Translations under genes and position numbers: made by a program
Shown: piece after piece, positions 44,829-54,788 of the stretch
How the letters are laid out: every line of letters starts with the position of its first letter
How positions within the stretch are numbered: the stretch's first letter is position 1
Notes under the pieces: generated by a model
Told to the model about the DNA's origin: nothing
Seen by the model: the letters and a program-made list of their open reading frames with translations, nothing else
Database searches by the model: none
NCBI GenBank assembly: GCA_016928115.1
Contig: JAFGLI010000022.1
Location: 560-64,559 of the forward strand
DNA from: Candidatus Woesearchaeota archaeon
GTDB lineage: Archaea > Nanobdellota > Nanobdellia > Woesearchaeales > UBA9642
DNA: 64,000 nt
Reading direction: 5' to 3'

Positions 44829-47162
44829 ATGAAAGGCTATATTGTTGATTCTAACTACAAATATGAAAAAGATAAAAATATAATCCATTTATACGGCAGG
44901 CTGGAAAATGGAGAATCCTTCTTAGTAAAAAAAGAATACGGGCCTTATTTTTACATTAAAAAAAATGACAAAAACAAATTAGAAAAATTAAAAATAGAAG
45001 ATGAAATTGAAACAGAAGAAACAGACATGAAAAACTTCAATGATGAAGAAGTTGTTAGAATAATCACAACAAAACCAAAATATGTAAAAGAAATAAGAGA
45101 AAAACTGAAAGAAAATGATATTGCAACTTATGAAGCAGATATAAGATTTACCCAAAGATATTTCATCGACAATGACATAAAAAGAACAATAGAAATCAAG
45201 GGTGAATATGTAAATGGTGAATATGTAAGCCGCGTATACGATGAGCCGGATATAAAGCCTGCTGAATGGAGAGAGCCGAATCTTAAATTATTATCTGTCG
45301 ATATTGAAACAAGTAAAGACACAAAAAACCTTTATTCAATTTCTTTATACACTGAAAACTATAAAAAATGCTTTATCAATTACAACGGCAATAAAAAACT
45401 AAGAAATGCTGTAAAATGCGAAAATGAAAAAGAGCTTATTGAAAAATTCAAGAAAGAAGTTCAAAAACTGGATCCTGATATAATAACCGGATGGAATTTT
45501 GTTGATTTTGATTTAAACCAATTAAGAAAATTCTTTGAAAAACACAATATAAAATTTTCCATTGGCAGAGGCACTAAGGAAACATATCTGAGAATATATA
45601 ATGACTTCATGAGAAGCTCTGTAGCAAATATAGAAGGAAGAATGGTTTTGGACGGAATAGAGATGCTCAGGAAATCCTTTATCAGTGTAAGGGACTATAA
45701 GCTGGAAACTGTTTCAAGGCAATTTTTAAGTGAGGGAAAAACCATTACCTCTGAAGGAAAAAACAAGGGGGAAGAAATAAACAGGGCATATAAGGAAAAC
45801 CAGGAAAAACTGGTCGAATATAATCTCAAAGATGCTGAACTGGTTTACAGAATACTGAATATTTCAGGAGCATTAAAACTATCTATGGAAAGGTCATTAT
45901 TGACAGGAATGCCCCTGGACAGGATTTCAGCAACTGTTTCAAGTTTTGATTCACTTTACTTAAGAAAGCTGAAAGAAAAAGGCTATGTGGCTGAAAACCG
46001 TGAATTCCATGTAAAAGAAAAGCCTTTGACAGGGGGCTTTGTCCTTGAATCAAATCCGGGCATATATGATTATGTTATTCTTGTGGATTTCAAAAGCCTG
46101 TACCCAAGCATAATAAGAACTTTTAATATTGACCCTTTGATGTTTGTTGAAAAGCCCGGAAAAAAAGAAAAAAACGAGCTGATTGAAACCCCGAACAAGG
46201 CGTATTATAAAAAGGAAAAAGGGATACTGCCTGAGATAATAGGGGAGATATGGGATGAAAGGGAAAAAGCAAAGAAAAGAAAAGACAATTTAGCAAACTA
46301 TGCATTAAAGATACAGATGAACTCATTTTACGGTGCTTTGGGCAATCCAACATGCAGGTTCTTCAATCCTATGATAGGAAACTCCATAACTTTTTTTGGC
46401 CAGAAAATCATAAAACTAACTATGGAAAAAATAAAAGAGATGGGTCATGAGGTAATATATGGAGACACAGACAGTGTTTTTGTGAATGTAATTACAAAAG
46501 ATGAAAAAGAGGCTGAAAAAACAGGCAGAGAGATTGAAAAAAATATAAATGAATTCTATAAAAAATGGGTGAAGGAAAAATACGGCATGGAAAGCTTTTT
46601 GCACCTTGAATTTGAAAAAACATTCATAAGGTTTTTCATACCAAAAATAAGGCATTCTGTGAAAGGGGCAAAGAAAAGATATGCCGGCCTTATAAAAGAA
46701 AAAGGCAAGGAAAAAATAAGCATTACAGGTTTGGAATTTGTAAGAGGAGACTGGACAGAATTATCAAAAAAATTCCAGTACGGGTTACTGGATAAGGTTT
46801 TCCATAAGAAAGAGGTCGGTGATTACATAAGGAATTTTGTTAAGAAGCTGAAAAAAGGGGAGTTTGATGATGAGCTTGTATATGAAAAAAGAATCACTAA
46901 GCCTTTAAATGAATATATAAAAACAACACCTCCCCACGTAAAGGCAGCAAGGAAAATGAAATCACTGCAGACAAACCTCATAAAGTATATTATGACAGTG
47001 GACGGGCCTGAGCCTGTAACAGAGATAAAACATTCTATTGATTATGAACATTATGCTGAAAAACAGCTCAAGCCGATAGCTGACACAATACTTACATTCT
47101 ACAACACCAATTTTGATGATGTTTTAAAAGAAAGTAAACAAAGCAATCTCTTCAGATTTTAG
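44829..47162 (+). CDS. polB: DNA polymerase, family B
   Basis: Exo I 'VDIETS', Exo II 'NFVDFDL', Exo III 'YNLKDAELVY', motif A 'DFKSLYPSII', motif B 'KIQMNSFYGALG', motif C 'YGDTDS'. Confidence 0.9.
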   Translation: MKGYIVDSNYKYEKDKNIIHLYGRLENGESFLVKKEYGPYFYIKKNDKNKLEKLKIEDEIETEETDMKNFNDEEVVRIITTKPKYVKEIREKLKENDIATYEADIRFTQRYFIDNDIKRTIEIKGEYVNGEYVSRVYDEPDIKPAEWREPNLKLLSVDIETSKDTKNLYSISLYTENYKKCFINYNGNKKLRNAVKCENEKELIEKFKKEVQKLDPDIITGWNFVDFDLNQLRKFFEKHNIKFSIGRGTKETYLRIYNDFMRSSVANIEGRMVLDGIEMLRKSFISVRDYKLETVSRQFLSEGKTITSEGKNKGEEINRAYKENQEKLVEYNLKDAELVYRILNISGALKLSMERSLLTGMPLDRISATVSSFDSLYLRKLKEKGYVAENREFHVKEKPLTGGFVLESNPGIYDYVILVDFKSLYPSIIRTFNIDPLMFVEKPGKKEKNELIETPNKAYYKKEKGILPEIIGEIWDEREKAKKRKDNLANYALKIQMNSFYGALGNPTCRFFNPMIGNSITFFGQKIIKLTMEKIKEMGHEVIYGDTDSVFVNVITKDEKEAEKTGREIEKNINEFYKKWVKEKYGMESFLHLEFEKTFIRFFIPKIRHSVKGAKKRYAGLIKEKGKEKISITGLEFVRGDWTELSKKFQYGLLDKVFHKKEVGDYIRNFVKKLKKGEFDDELVYEKRITKPLNEYIKTTPPHVKAARKMKSLQTNLIKYIMTVDGPEPVTEIKHSIDYEHYAEKQLKPIADTILTFYNTNFDDVLKESKQSNLFRF

Positions 47163-47548
47163 ATTTGAAGAATAAACTTGTCATTCTCAAAATAAAATTC
47201 CTTGTCTTTTTTGAAATATTTATCAAATATTTCTCTGTATTTTGGATCAAAGAGATTATAATGCAGAGGCACTTTTCCGTTTAATCCGTCTTCAGTCAGT
47301 TTTATCCTGAAAATCTCTTCCTCAGAAGGTCCTACCTGACCATAAAAAGAAGGCCTTTGTACTCTCATTATTTTCCAGAGCAAGCCCTTCCTGTCAATCA
47401 GTTCAGCAATTCCCCTGCAGTTTTCAGATATCTCACATTTAATCCTATTCAGGATTGACCTTAAGTCATCTTTTTTATATTCAATCGGCTCTTTTTTTGT
47501 TTTATAAAACACACTCAATATATTAAATCCCATTTTAATCACCATCAT
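47159..47548 (-). CDS. Hypothetical protein (129 aa)
   Basis: ORF; 4-nt overlap with the polB stop on the opposite strand. Confidence 0.35.
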   Translation of the reverse strand: MMVIKMGFNILSVFYKTKKEPIEYKKDDLRSILNRIKCEISENCRGIAELIDRKGLLWKIMRVQRPSFYGQVGPSEEEIFRIKLTEDGLNGKVPLHYNLFDPKYREIFDKYFKKDKEFYFENDKFILQI

Positions 47549-47551
47549 AGA

Positions 47552-47836
47552 TTAAGCCTTTGCTATATAGCCTGTCCCGACTTCCTGAAATATGCCGTCA
47601 TTTATCAGTTCATCTATCAAAGACATAATCTCGGTTTCCCCCATACCCTCTTCTTGCAAAGAAATTATTAATTCCTCTTTCTGTATCTTATTGGTATTCC
47701 TGCCTTCCACAAGATTGTCATAAACAGAAATAATCTTTATCTTGTCATCTGTCTTTGTTTCATTTGCCAGTCTTGCAGCCATGTTTTCCTGCATCTGCCT
47801 GATTGCTTCAAAGCCAGAACCATCAAATATAGCCAT
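47552..47836 (-). CDS. Hypothetical small protein, possibly winged-helix (94 aa)
   Basis: ORF only. Confidence 0.35.
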   Translation of the reverse strand: MAIFDGSGFEAIRQMQENMAARLANETKTDDKIKIISVYDNLVEGRNTNKIQKEELIISLQEEGMGETEIMSLIDELINDGIFQEVGTGYIAKA

Positions 47837-47935
47837 ATTTTATTTAACCCCCAATAAATATAAAGAAGCCTGACTTTAAAAATTTAACGGCATTAGTATG
47901 GTTTTTTGTATATTTTTTGTATAAATTCAGTAAAA

Positions 47936-48145
47936 TTAATATTTATTGTTTTTAAGCTCAAAGCCGGAATCATTCTTTTCCCTGTTCATAAAATGTTCCA
48001 GGGTTTTAAGAAATTTATCTATCTCTTTTATTGCGCCATATATCTGGTGCTGTTTTCCAAGTTCCAGTTCATTTCTTTCCTCTTCCAGCAGCCTTATAAG
48101 ACTGTTTCTCCTTTTTTGGTATAATTTGTATATCTCAGCCAGCAT
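47936..48145 (-). CDS. Small coiled-coil protein (69 aa)
   Basis: ORF adjacent to and co-directional with the 48147..48479 gene. Confidence 0.3.
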   Translation of the reverse strand: MLAEIYKLYQKRRNSLIRLLEEERNELELGKQHQIYGAIKEIDKFLKTLEHFMNREKNDSGFELKNNKY

Positions 48146-48146
48146 T

Positions 48147-48479
48147 TTAATTACCTGTTTTGTTTCTTAATCTCTTTTTGCGCTGCTCATTTAACTGTGT
48201 GACAAAATAATCCAGGCAGTCAAGGGCACAGAAATGAGCCTTTTTTCTTAAGCCTTTTGGACCAAAATAAAGAACAAAAGACTCTTCAGCATTAAGCTCA
48301 GAATGGCAGACTGGGCATATTTTCCTGTGTGATTCATATTCTTCAATTCTGGATTCCACAATCTTCATAAAACTCCCTTTTTCAACCATATCTTTTAAAA
48401 ATTTCAATTCTTCAAAATCTGAATAATTAATAATCTCTTTTATTTTATCCGCAGTTTTTTCATTAATTATTTTTACCAC
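48147..48479 (-). CDS. Zinc-ribbon protein (110 aa)
   Basis: 'CPVCHSEL...FCALDC'. Confidence 0.4.
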   Translation of the reverse strand: MVKIINEKTADKIKEIINYSDFEELKFLKDMVEKGSFMKIVESRIEEYESHRKICPVCHSELNAEESFVLYFGPKGLRKKAHFCALDCLDYFVTQLNEQRKKRLRNKTGN

Positions 48480-49128
48480 CTTTTATTTTGTTTATTATCT
48501 GATTAGGGTCATAAAGAATAAAATTATTTTTCAGTATATCCAGAAAATATTTTTCGTTTTTACTCAATCCTTCAACCAGCTCATTTTCTGAATGGGTCCA
48601 GCATGCTATCTTATGGTCCTTATCATGCTCGTCTTTTATGTGCACATTGCTGTATTTTCCCCTTATCTCGTCCACTTTTTTCGTGATTATCAGAAAATCA
48701 AGGTCTGCATCACTTTTATCTTTTATTAATGCTACAGCATCGCATTTATCAAAAAGCTCATAATTATCCAGAAAGAATTTCAATACAAGATATTGTTTTG
48801 ATATTTCATCAAAAAAGAAAACAGTGAAAATCAATTCCCTTATTCCTGAAAGAGATAATATCTTGCTTGCAGAAAAACCTTCTTTCATTATAAGCAGATA
48901 TACTGATTTATTTTTTAAGGAATATATTGTCCTGGGCTTTCCTGATTTATTTGTATGTAAGGTTTCCCCCTTCACTATGCCGTAGGCTTCAAGGATTTTT
49001 AACTGGTAAGTTATATTGGCAACAGAGCTTTTTGTTATCTGGGCTAATTCTGTAGGAGATAATGGTTTTTCAGTTATCTTTTCAATCAGTTTCCACCGTG
49101 CAGGCGTAAACCAGGAGTTTAATTCCAT
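48463..49128 (-). CDS. ArsR-like wHTH regulator with C-terminal unknown domain (221 aa)
   Basis: 'LSPTELAQITKSSVANITYQLKILEAYGIVK'. Confidence 0.5.
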   Translation of the reverse strand: MELNSWFTPARWKLIEKITEKPLSPTELAQITKSSVANITYQLKILEAYGIVKGETLHTNKSGKPRTIYSLKNKSVYLLIMKEGFSASKILSLSGIRELIFTVFFFDEISKQYLVLKFFLDNYELFDKCDAVALIKDKSDADLDFLIITKKVDEIRGKYSNVHIKDEHDKDHKIACWTHSENELVEGLSKNEKYFLDILKNNFILYDPNQIINKIKGGKNN

Positions 49129-49310
49129 TTTGTTATTGAGGATAAAGAAGTTTATAAATTTTTCTATTATTTAATATATTTATATAAATATATAAATTAA
49201 ATAATTATTTTAATTATTAATACACCAAATAAAAAATTTTATCTTGCAAAAAATATGATAAAAAACAAAATATTTAAATAAGATGTATTGTTAATTATTT
49301 AATAATATTA

Positions 49311-49326
49311 ATAACCTTAAGGTTAT
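49311..49326. promoter_or_regulatory. 16-bp perfect palindrome ataaccttaaggttat upstream of the glycogen operon
   Basis: Read directly; about 105 bp upstream of the 49431 start. Confidence 0.4.
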
Positions 49327-49332
49327 AAATAA

Positions 49333-49353
49333 AACAAGATAAATAATCTTGTT
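49333..49353. promoter_or_regulatory. Inverted repeat aacaagat-aaata-atcttgtt
   Basis: 8-bp arms, adjacent to the palindrome above. Confidence 0.35.
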
Positions 49354-49430
49354 AGTTTGGGAATTAAAAAAGAGGGAGTTTTTTCATTAATTTAGTTTAA
49401 TTGAAAATCCTTCCCTGGAGGATTAATTAG

Positions 49431-50663
49431 ATGAAAATATTCATGCTGGGGTGGGAGTTTCCTCCTTTTTTCGCAGGAGGAGTAGGAGTTGTATGCTATC
49501 AGCTTAGCAAATATCTCAGTAAAAGAGGGATTGAAGTTAATTTTGTAATGCCTTCTGGCCCTAAAGAAGCAGAATCTGATTTTGTAAACCTGATTATTGC
49601 AAATAACCTGGTTTCAGATAAAAACATACATATAAAGAAAATTGACTCTCTGCTGATGCCTTATATAACATCCGAAGGTTATTTGAATTTGCTGAAAAAC
49701 AAACTAATGTTCAAGGATTTTGGTTCAACAGGAGAAATTTACGGGGAAAATCTTTTTGCAGAGATTGAAAGGTTCAAGGAAAAGCTTTTAATAATAGGAA
49801 AAAATATGGAGTTTGATGTAATTCATGCCCATGACTGGGTAACTTTTCCTGCTGCTGTTGCATTAAAGGAAGCAACAGGAAAGCCTTTGATTGTTCATAT
49901 ACACATAACTGAATTTGACAAGACAGGAGGCGTGCATGCAGACCCCGGGGTATACCGGATTGAAAAAACAGGAATGGATAAAGCTGATGTTATTATTGCA
50001 ATAAGCAACTTCATCAAAAACAGGCTGACTGATAAATATTATGTTGACCCGGCAAAAATAAAGGTAATACATAATGCCGCAGAAATACCTGAAAAAGATT
50101 ACAAAACAAGCCATAAAATTAATGAAAATGACAAGGTTGTTTTATTCGTAGGAAGAATAACTTTGCAGAAAGGCCCTGATTATTTTGTTGAGGCTGCAAA
50201 AAAGATAGTTGAAAAAGAGCCTAATGTAAAATTTGTGATGACTGGCTCAGGAGACATGTTTCCGCAGATAATCAACAAAGTTGCAGAACTGGGATTGACA
50301 AACAAATTCATATTTCCTGGTTTTTTAAACAGGGAGCAGGTTTTCAGGCTGTACAGCATGGCAGATGTGTTCATTATGCCTTCTGTATCAGAGCCTTTTG
50401 GTTTGGTGCCTCTGGAGGCAATGGCCTCGAAAACACCTGCAATAATATCAAAACAATCAGGAGTAAGCGAAATAGTGGGCCATGTAATCAAGGTTGATTT
50501 TTGGGATGTCAATGATATTGCTGCAAAAACACTGGCAATCCTGAAATACCAGACACTGAACAATGAACTGAAAAAACACGGGAGCATGGAAGTAAAAATG
50601 CTTAATTGGGATATCCCTGCACAAAAATGTATTGAGCTTTACAATCAGTTAGTATATCATTAA
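49431..50663 (+). CDS. glgA: Glycogen/alpha-glucan synthase, archaeal GT5-like (GT-B fold)
   Basis: N-terminal 'MKIFMLGWEFPPFFAGGVGVV' resembles archaeal GlgA 'K-x-GGL'. C-terminal 'SEPFGLVPLEAM' E-x7-E motif. Confidence 0.65.
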   Translation: MKIFMLGWEFPPFFAGGVGVVCYQLSKYLSKRGIEVNFVMPSGPKEAESDFVNLIIANNLVSDKNIHIKKIDSLLMPYITSEGYLNLLKNKLMFKDFGSTGEIYGENLFAEIERFKEKLLIIGKNMEFDVIHAHDWVTFPAAVALKEATGKPLIVHIHITEFDKTGGVHADPGVYRIEKTGMDKADVIIAISNFIKNRLTDKYYVDPAKIKVIHNAAEIPEKDYKTSHKINENDKVVLFVGRITLQKGPDYFVEAAKKIVEKEPNVKFVMTGSGDMFPQIINKVAELGLTNKFIFPGFLNREQVFRLYSMADVFIMPSVSEPFGLVPLEAMASKTPAIISKQSGVSEIVGHVIKVDFWDVNDIAAKTLAILKYQTLNNELKKHGSMEVKMLNWDIPAQKCIELYNQLVYH

Positions 50664-50715
50664 ATTCAAAACGGAATTAAAAAAATTTAAAAGAAAAGAA
50701 TAAAAAAGGTAAAAA

Positions 50716-51987
50716 ATGGTAAGTGTGTGCTTTTATTTCCAAGTTCATCAGCCAAACAGGCTGAGAGAATACAGTATATTTGACATTGGAAATAATTCAG
50801 ATTATTTTGATGAAAAAAAGAATGAGGAAATAATGAAAAAAGTGGCAGGAAAATGCTACCTTCCCACAAACAATCTAATGCTCTCCCTTATTGAGAAATA
50901 CAAAGGAAAATTCAGGATAAATTATTCAATATCAGGAACCGCCATAGAGCAGTTTGAAAAATATGCACCCGAGGTCCTTGAAAGCTTTAAAAAATTAAAT
51001 AAAACAGGCTGTGTTGAATTCCTTAATGAAACATACCATCATTCACTGGCATTTATTTATTCAAAAGAGGAATTCAGGAAACAGGTAAAAATGCACAGGA
51101 AAAAGATAAAAGAGCTTTTCGGCCAGGAGCCCGATGTGTTCAGGAATACTGAACTAATACTGAATAACGAGCTTGCAAGAGAGGCTGAGAAAATGGGATT
51201 CAGGAGCATTCTGGGAGAAGGAGCAGACCATATACTAAAAGGAAGAAGCCCTAATTTTGTTTATAAGCCAAAAACAAGCCAGAAGATAAAACTATTGCTG
51301 AAAAATTACAAATTAAGTGATGACATTGCATTCAGGTTTTCAAATAAAGGCTGGAAGGAATATCCCCTGACAGCCGAGAAATATGCGCAGTGGATAAGCT
51401 CAATAAACGGCAACGGCAATGTTGTGAACTTATTCATGGATTATGAGACATTCGGAGAGCACCAGTGGGAAGATACAGGCATATTCAAATTCATGAGAAA
51501 ACTTCCTGAGGAAATATTAAAACATCCTGATAATGAATTTGTGAATATCAGCGAGATAATAAAAAAATATGAGCCTGTTGGGGAACTTGACATACACAGT
51601 TTTGTCTCATGGGCGGATATAGAAAGGGATTTGAGTGCATGGATGGGAAATAAACTGCAGGAAAGCTCTCTCAATGAATTATACCGGATTGAAAAATACA
51701 TTAAAGCCACAAAAGACAAAAAACTTATTGAAGAATGGAGAAAAATGACAACAAGCGACCATTTTTATTATATGTGCACCAAGTGGTTCAATGACGGCGA
51801 TGTCCACAAATATTTTAATCCCTATGACAGCCCCTATAATGGGTTTATAACATTTACCAACATACTTAATGATATGGTTTTAAGGATTAAAGAAATAATT
51901 CCTGAAATCAAAAACCAGGATAATGAAAAAAATATGCTGAACATAAATGACAATCCTTCAGAGAAGCTAAAAAATATAGAGATATGA
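50716..51987 (+). CDS. GH57-family alpha-glucan-active enzyme (amylase, branching enzyme or glucanotransferase type)
   Basis: N-terminal 'FYFQVHQP', 'NYSISGTAIEQFE' and 'ETFGEHQWE' match GH57 conserved regions. Confidence 0.7.
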   Translation: MVSVCFYFQVHQPNRLREYSIFDIGNNSDYFDEKKNEEIMKKVAGKCYLPTNNLMLSLIEKYKGKFRINYSISGTAIEQFEKYAPEVLESFKKLNKTGCVEFLNETYHHSLAFIYSKEEFRKQVKMHRKKIKELFGQEPDVFRNTELILNNELAREAEKMGFRSILGEGADHILKGRSPNFVYKPKTSQKIKLLLKNYKLSDDIAFRFSNKGWKEYPLTAEKYAQWISSINGNGNVVNLFMDYETFGEHQWEDTGIFKFMRKLPEEILKHPDNEFVNISEIIKKYEPVGELDIHSFVSWADIERDLSAWMGNKLQESSLNELYRIEKYIKATKDKKLIEEWRKMTTSDHFYYMCTKWFNDGDVHKYFNPYDSPYNGFITFTNILNDMVLRIKEIIPEIKNQDNEKNMLNINDNPSEKLKNIEI

Positions 51988-52042
51988 GTTTTAAAAAAAA
52001 TAAAGAATAGAATAAAACATAAAAAAGGTTTTAAAAAAAGAG

Positions 52043-52390
52043 GTGTGTAATATGGCTAAAAAAAAGAAAAAAACAAGCAAAACAAAGGGAAAAAAGAAAA
52101 CAAAAGCTACAAAAAAAAGCAGCATACTGAATAAAGAAATATCTCCTGAAAAATATTTTATATTAAATTCAGGAAAAGCAATTGCCACAGTAAGGGAACT
52201 GGTTGAAGAACTGCAGATAATGAATGATGAATTATTCAGGCACCATGTGAATGACGAAAGAAATGACTTTGCAAACTGGATTCAGGATGTATTTGAAGAT
52301 AAAAAACTGGCAAAGAAATTAAGGGAAATCAAAGACAGGGAAAAAACAAGAACAGCTATTTATAAGCACATAGCAGAGTTATTTTATTAA
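52043..52390 (+). CDS. Small Lys-rich protein, paralogue A (115 aa) with 'HHVNDERNDFANWI' motif
   Basis: Shares a ~45-aa conserved domain with the next gene; the two contain a nucleotide-identical 38-mer. Confidence 0.5.
   Translation: MCNMAKKKKKTSKTKGKKKTKATKKSSILNKEISPEKYFILNSGKAIATVRELVEELQIMNDELFRHHVNDERNDFANWIQDVFEDKKLAKKLREIKDREKTRTAIYKHIAELFY
52244..52281 (+). repeat. 38-nt segment identical to 52583..52620
   Basis: 'catgtgaatgacgaaagaaatgactttgcaaactggat' occurs in both paralogues while the flanking codons have diverged. Confidence 0.8.
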
Positions 52391-52462
52391 TAATAAAGAA
52401 ATGACAAGCTGCTTGGTAATTGATTGAGGTAATAATATAAAAAATATAAAAGGGGTGAGATA

Positions 52463-52972
52463 ATGCTAGGTAAAAATGTTGCTCAGGGACATGAATTTAT
52501 TTTCTGCAATAATGAAAAAGCCCATAATCTGGATGAATTCAAAAAAATAGTTGAAAATCTGGAAGAAAACGAATTTCAGCATCATGTGAATGACGAAAGA
52601 AATGACTTTGCAAACTGGATAACATGGGCATTAGGGAATGAAACTCTTGGGAATGAGGTTAATGAACTGAAAACAAAAGAGGAGATAATTGAATCTTTAA
52701 ACAATGCAATACAGAAAAAAAAACAGGATAAAATAAAAGAAAAAACAGAAGACAATGAACAAAAACAGAAAGAAGAGCTGATAAAAGAAAAAGATAATTC
52801 TGAAAAGGAAATTAAACCTGAAATTAAGAACAAACCGGCCAAGGTTATTAAAAATCTCATTAACAAGGAAAAAGAAAAAACAAAGGCTAAAGAATTCCTG
52901 ATTATTGAATTTGTAATAGGGCTTATAGCTGGTTTGGTTATAGGGATTATCTTGGGTATATTTGTATTTTAA
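52463..52972 (+). CDS. Paralogue B (169 aa): shared domain + K/E-rich linker + C-terminal TM helix
   Basis: 'EFQHHVNDERNDFANWI'; C-terminal 'FLIIEFVIGLIAGLVIGIILGIFVF'. Confidence 0.5.
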   Translation: MLGKNVAQGHEFIFCNNEKAHNLDEFKKIVENLEENEFQHHVNDERNDFANWITWALGNETLGNEVNELKTKEEIIESLNNAIQKKKQDKIKEKTEDNEQKQKEELIKEKDNSEKEIKPEIKNKPAKVIKNLINKEKEKTKAKEFLIIEFVIGLIAGLVIGIILGIFVF

Positions 52973-53005
52973 TGATGAATGAAAAATAAACTGAAAAGGT
53001 AAAAA

Positions 53006-54784
53006 ATGACAGAAACAAAACCTGACTTAGTTTTTGAGTCATCATGGGAAGTATGCAACAAGGTGGGGGGCATACATACTGTTATTACAAGCAAGGCTCC
53101 CTTAATGGATGAAAACTACAAGAGATATTTCCTTATAGGGCCTTATTTTGATGAAAAAGCCAAAAGGGACTTCTCAGCATCGAAAATACCTGACGGGTGG
53201 GGAGATGTATTCAAAAAACTTGAAGAAAAAGGAATAAAGGCATATTTCGGAAAATGGGAAATAAAAGGTGAGCCTAAAGTTATTCTTATTGATTATAAAA
53301 ACCTCATAGACAAAAGAAATGAAATGAAAAAAAAATTGTGGGAAAATTTCAAGATAGACACATTATTCTCAAAAATGGAATTTGATGAGCCCATGGTCTG
53401 GAGCTATTGTGTTTCTGAATTGCTCAGCCTGATAGAGCAAAAAGAGAAAAACAACAAAATAGTGGGGCATTTTCATGAATGGATGGCCGGCCTGACATCA
53501 TTATTCCTTAAAATAAAAAAATCCAATATAAAAACTGTATTTACAACCCATGCAACAATGCTGGGAAGAACACTTGCAGGCTCAGGATTTGACCTTTATA
53601 ACAATTTACAAAATATAGATCCTGAAAAAGAAGCAAGGCAAAGAGGCCTGATTGAAAAGTTTACCACAGAAAAGGCATGTGCTAATGAAAGTGATGTTTT
53701 TACCACAATATCTGAAATAACAAAAAAAGAAGCCAAGCATTTCCTGGGCAAGGATGCTGACATATTGCTCCCAAACGGGCTGGATATGGAAAGATTCCCT
53801 ACAATGGAAGAAAACTCAATTAAACACATAACCTGCAGGAAAATACTAAGGGAATTCATAAGTTATTATTTCTTCCCATACAACACTTTCCAGCTTGACC
53901 ATAATCTGATCTATTATTTTCTCGGTAGAAATGAATTCAAGAATAAGGGAGCTGATATAACCATAAAAGCCCTTGGAAAATTAAATGACCAGTTAAAAAA
54001 GGATAAATCAAAAAGAACAGTAACTTTCTTTTTCTGGATACCTTTGGAGAATAAAGGAATAAAAAGTGAAATAAGGGAGAACAAGGACTATTATTATCAT
54101 ATTAAAAGAAATGTTGAAACAAACTCAGAAGACATATTGAAAAGGATAATCTATGATTTTGTATCCCAAAGGGACTTTGGAAATGAGAGTTTGTTCACAA
54201 AAGATTTTCTTATGGGCATAAAAAAAGACATAATAGCATTCAAAAGAAAGGGAAATCCCCCATTATGTACACACATAATAGAAAATGAGGACAATAATGA
54301 AATAATAAAATTACTAAGGGAAGTCGGGCTGGATAATAAAGAAGATGACAAAGTAAAAGTAATCCTTAACCCAGTTTACCTGAACGGCAATGACGGGCTT
54401 TTCGACCTTGAGTATTATGATGCAATGGCCGGATGCCACCTGGGGCTATTCCCCAGCTATTATGAGCCGTGGGGCTATACGCCGCTGGAAAGCATTTCAA
54501 TGTCTGTCCCTGCAGTAACATCTGACCTAGCAGGTTTCGGGAAATTCATTGAAGACAAGGCATCTGGAAAAACACCGGGAATTTATGTATTGAAAAGGGA
54601 AAAAAAGGAAGAAAAGGACATGATTATGGAGTTGTTTAAGATTATGTATAAATATGCAATAATAAGCCATCCTGAAAGGGTCGATAATAAAATGAATGCA
54701 AAAAAGGTTTCTATGCTGGCTGACTGGAATGAAATGGTAAAATATTATTTCGCAGCACATGCCCTTGCTGTTAAAAAAAGGTGA
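53006..54784 (+). CDS. Glycogen synthase, GT3 (eukaryote-like) family
   Basis: 'VFESSWEVCNKVGGIHTVITSKAP' and 'LGLFPSYYEPWGYTPLESISMSVPAVTSDLAGFG' closely match eukaryotic Gsy signatures. Confidence 0.75.
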   Translation: MTETKPDLVFESSWEVCNKVGGIHTVITSKAPLMDENYKRYFLIGPYFDEKAKRDFSASKIPDGWGDVFKKLEEKGIKAYFGKWEIKGEPKVILIDYKNLIDKRNEMKKKLWENFKIDTLFSKMEFDEPMVWSYCVSELLSLIEQKEKNNKIVGHFHEWMAGLTSLFLKIKKSNIKTVFTTHATMLGRTLAGSGFDLYNNLQNIDPEKEARQRGLIEKFTTEKACANESDVFTTISEITKKEAKHFLGKDADILLPNGLDMERFPTMEENSIKHITCRKILREFISYYFFPYNTFQLDHNLIYYFLGRNEFKNKGADITIKALGKLNDQLKKDKSKRTVTFFFWIPLENKGIKSEIRENKDYYYHIKRNVETNSEDILKRIIYDFVSQRDFGNESLFTKDFLMGIKKDIIAFKRKGNPPLCTHIIENEDNNEIIKLLREVGLDNKEDDKVKVILNPVYLNGNDGLFDLEYYDAMAGCHLGLFPSYYEPWGYTPLESISMSVPAVTSDLAGFGKFIEDKASGKTPGIYVLKREKKEEKDMIMELFKIMYKYAIISHPERVDNKMNAKKVSMLADWNEMVKYYFAAHALAVKKR

Positions 54785-54788
54785 GAAT

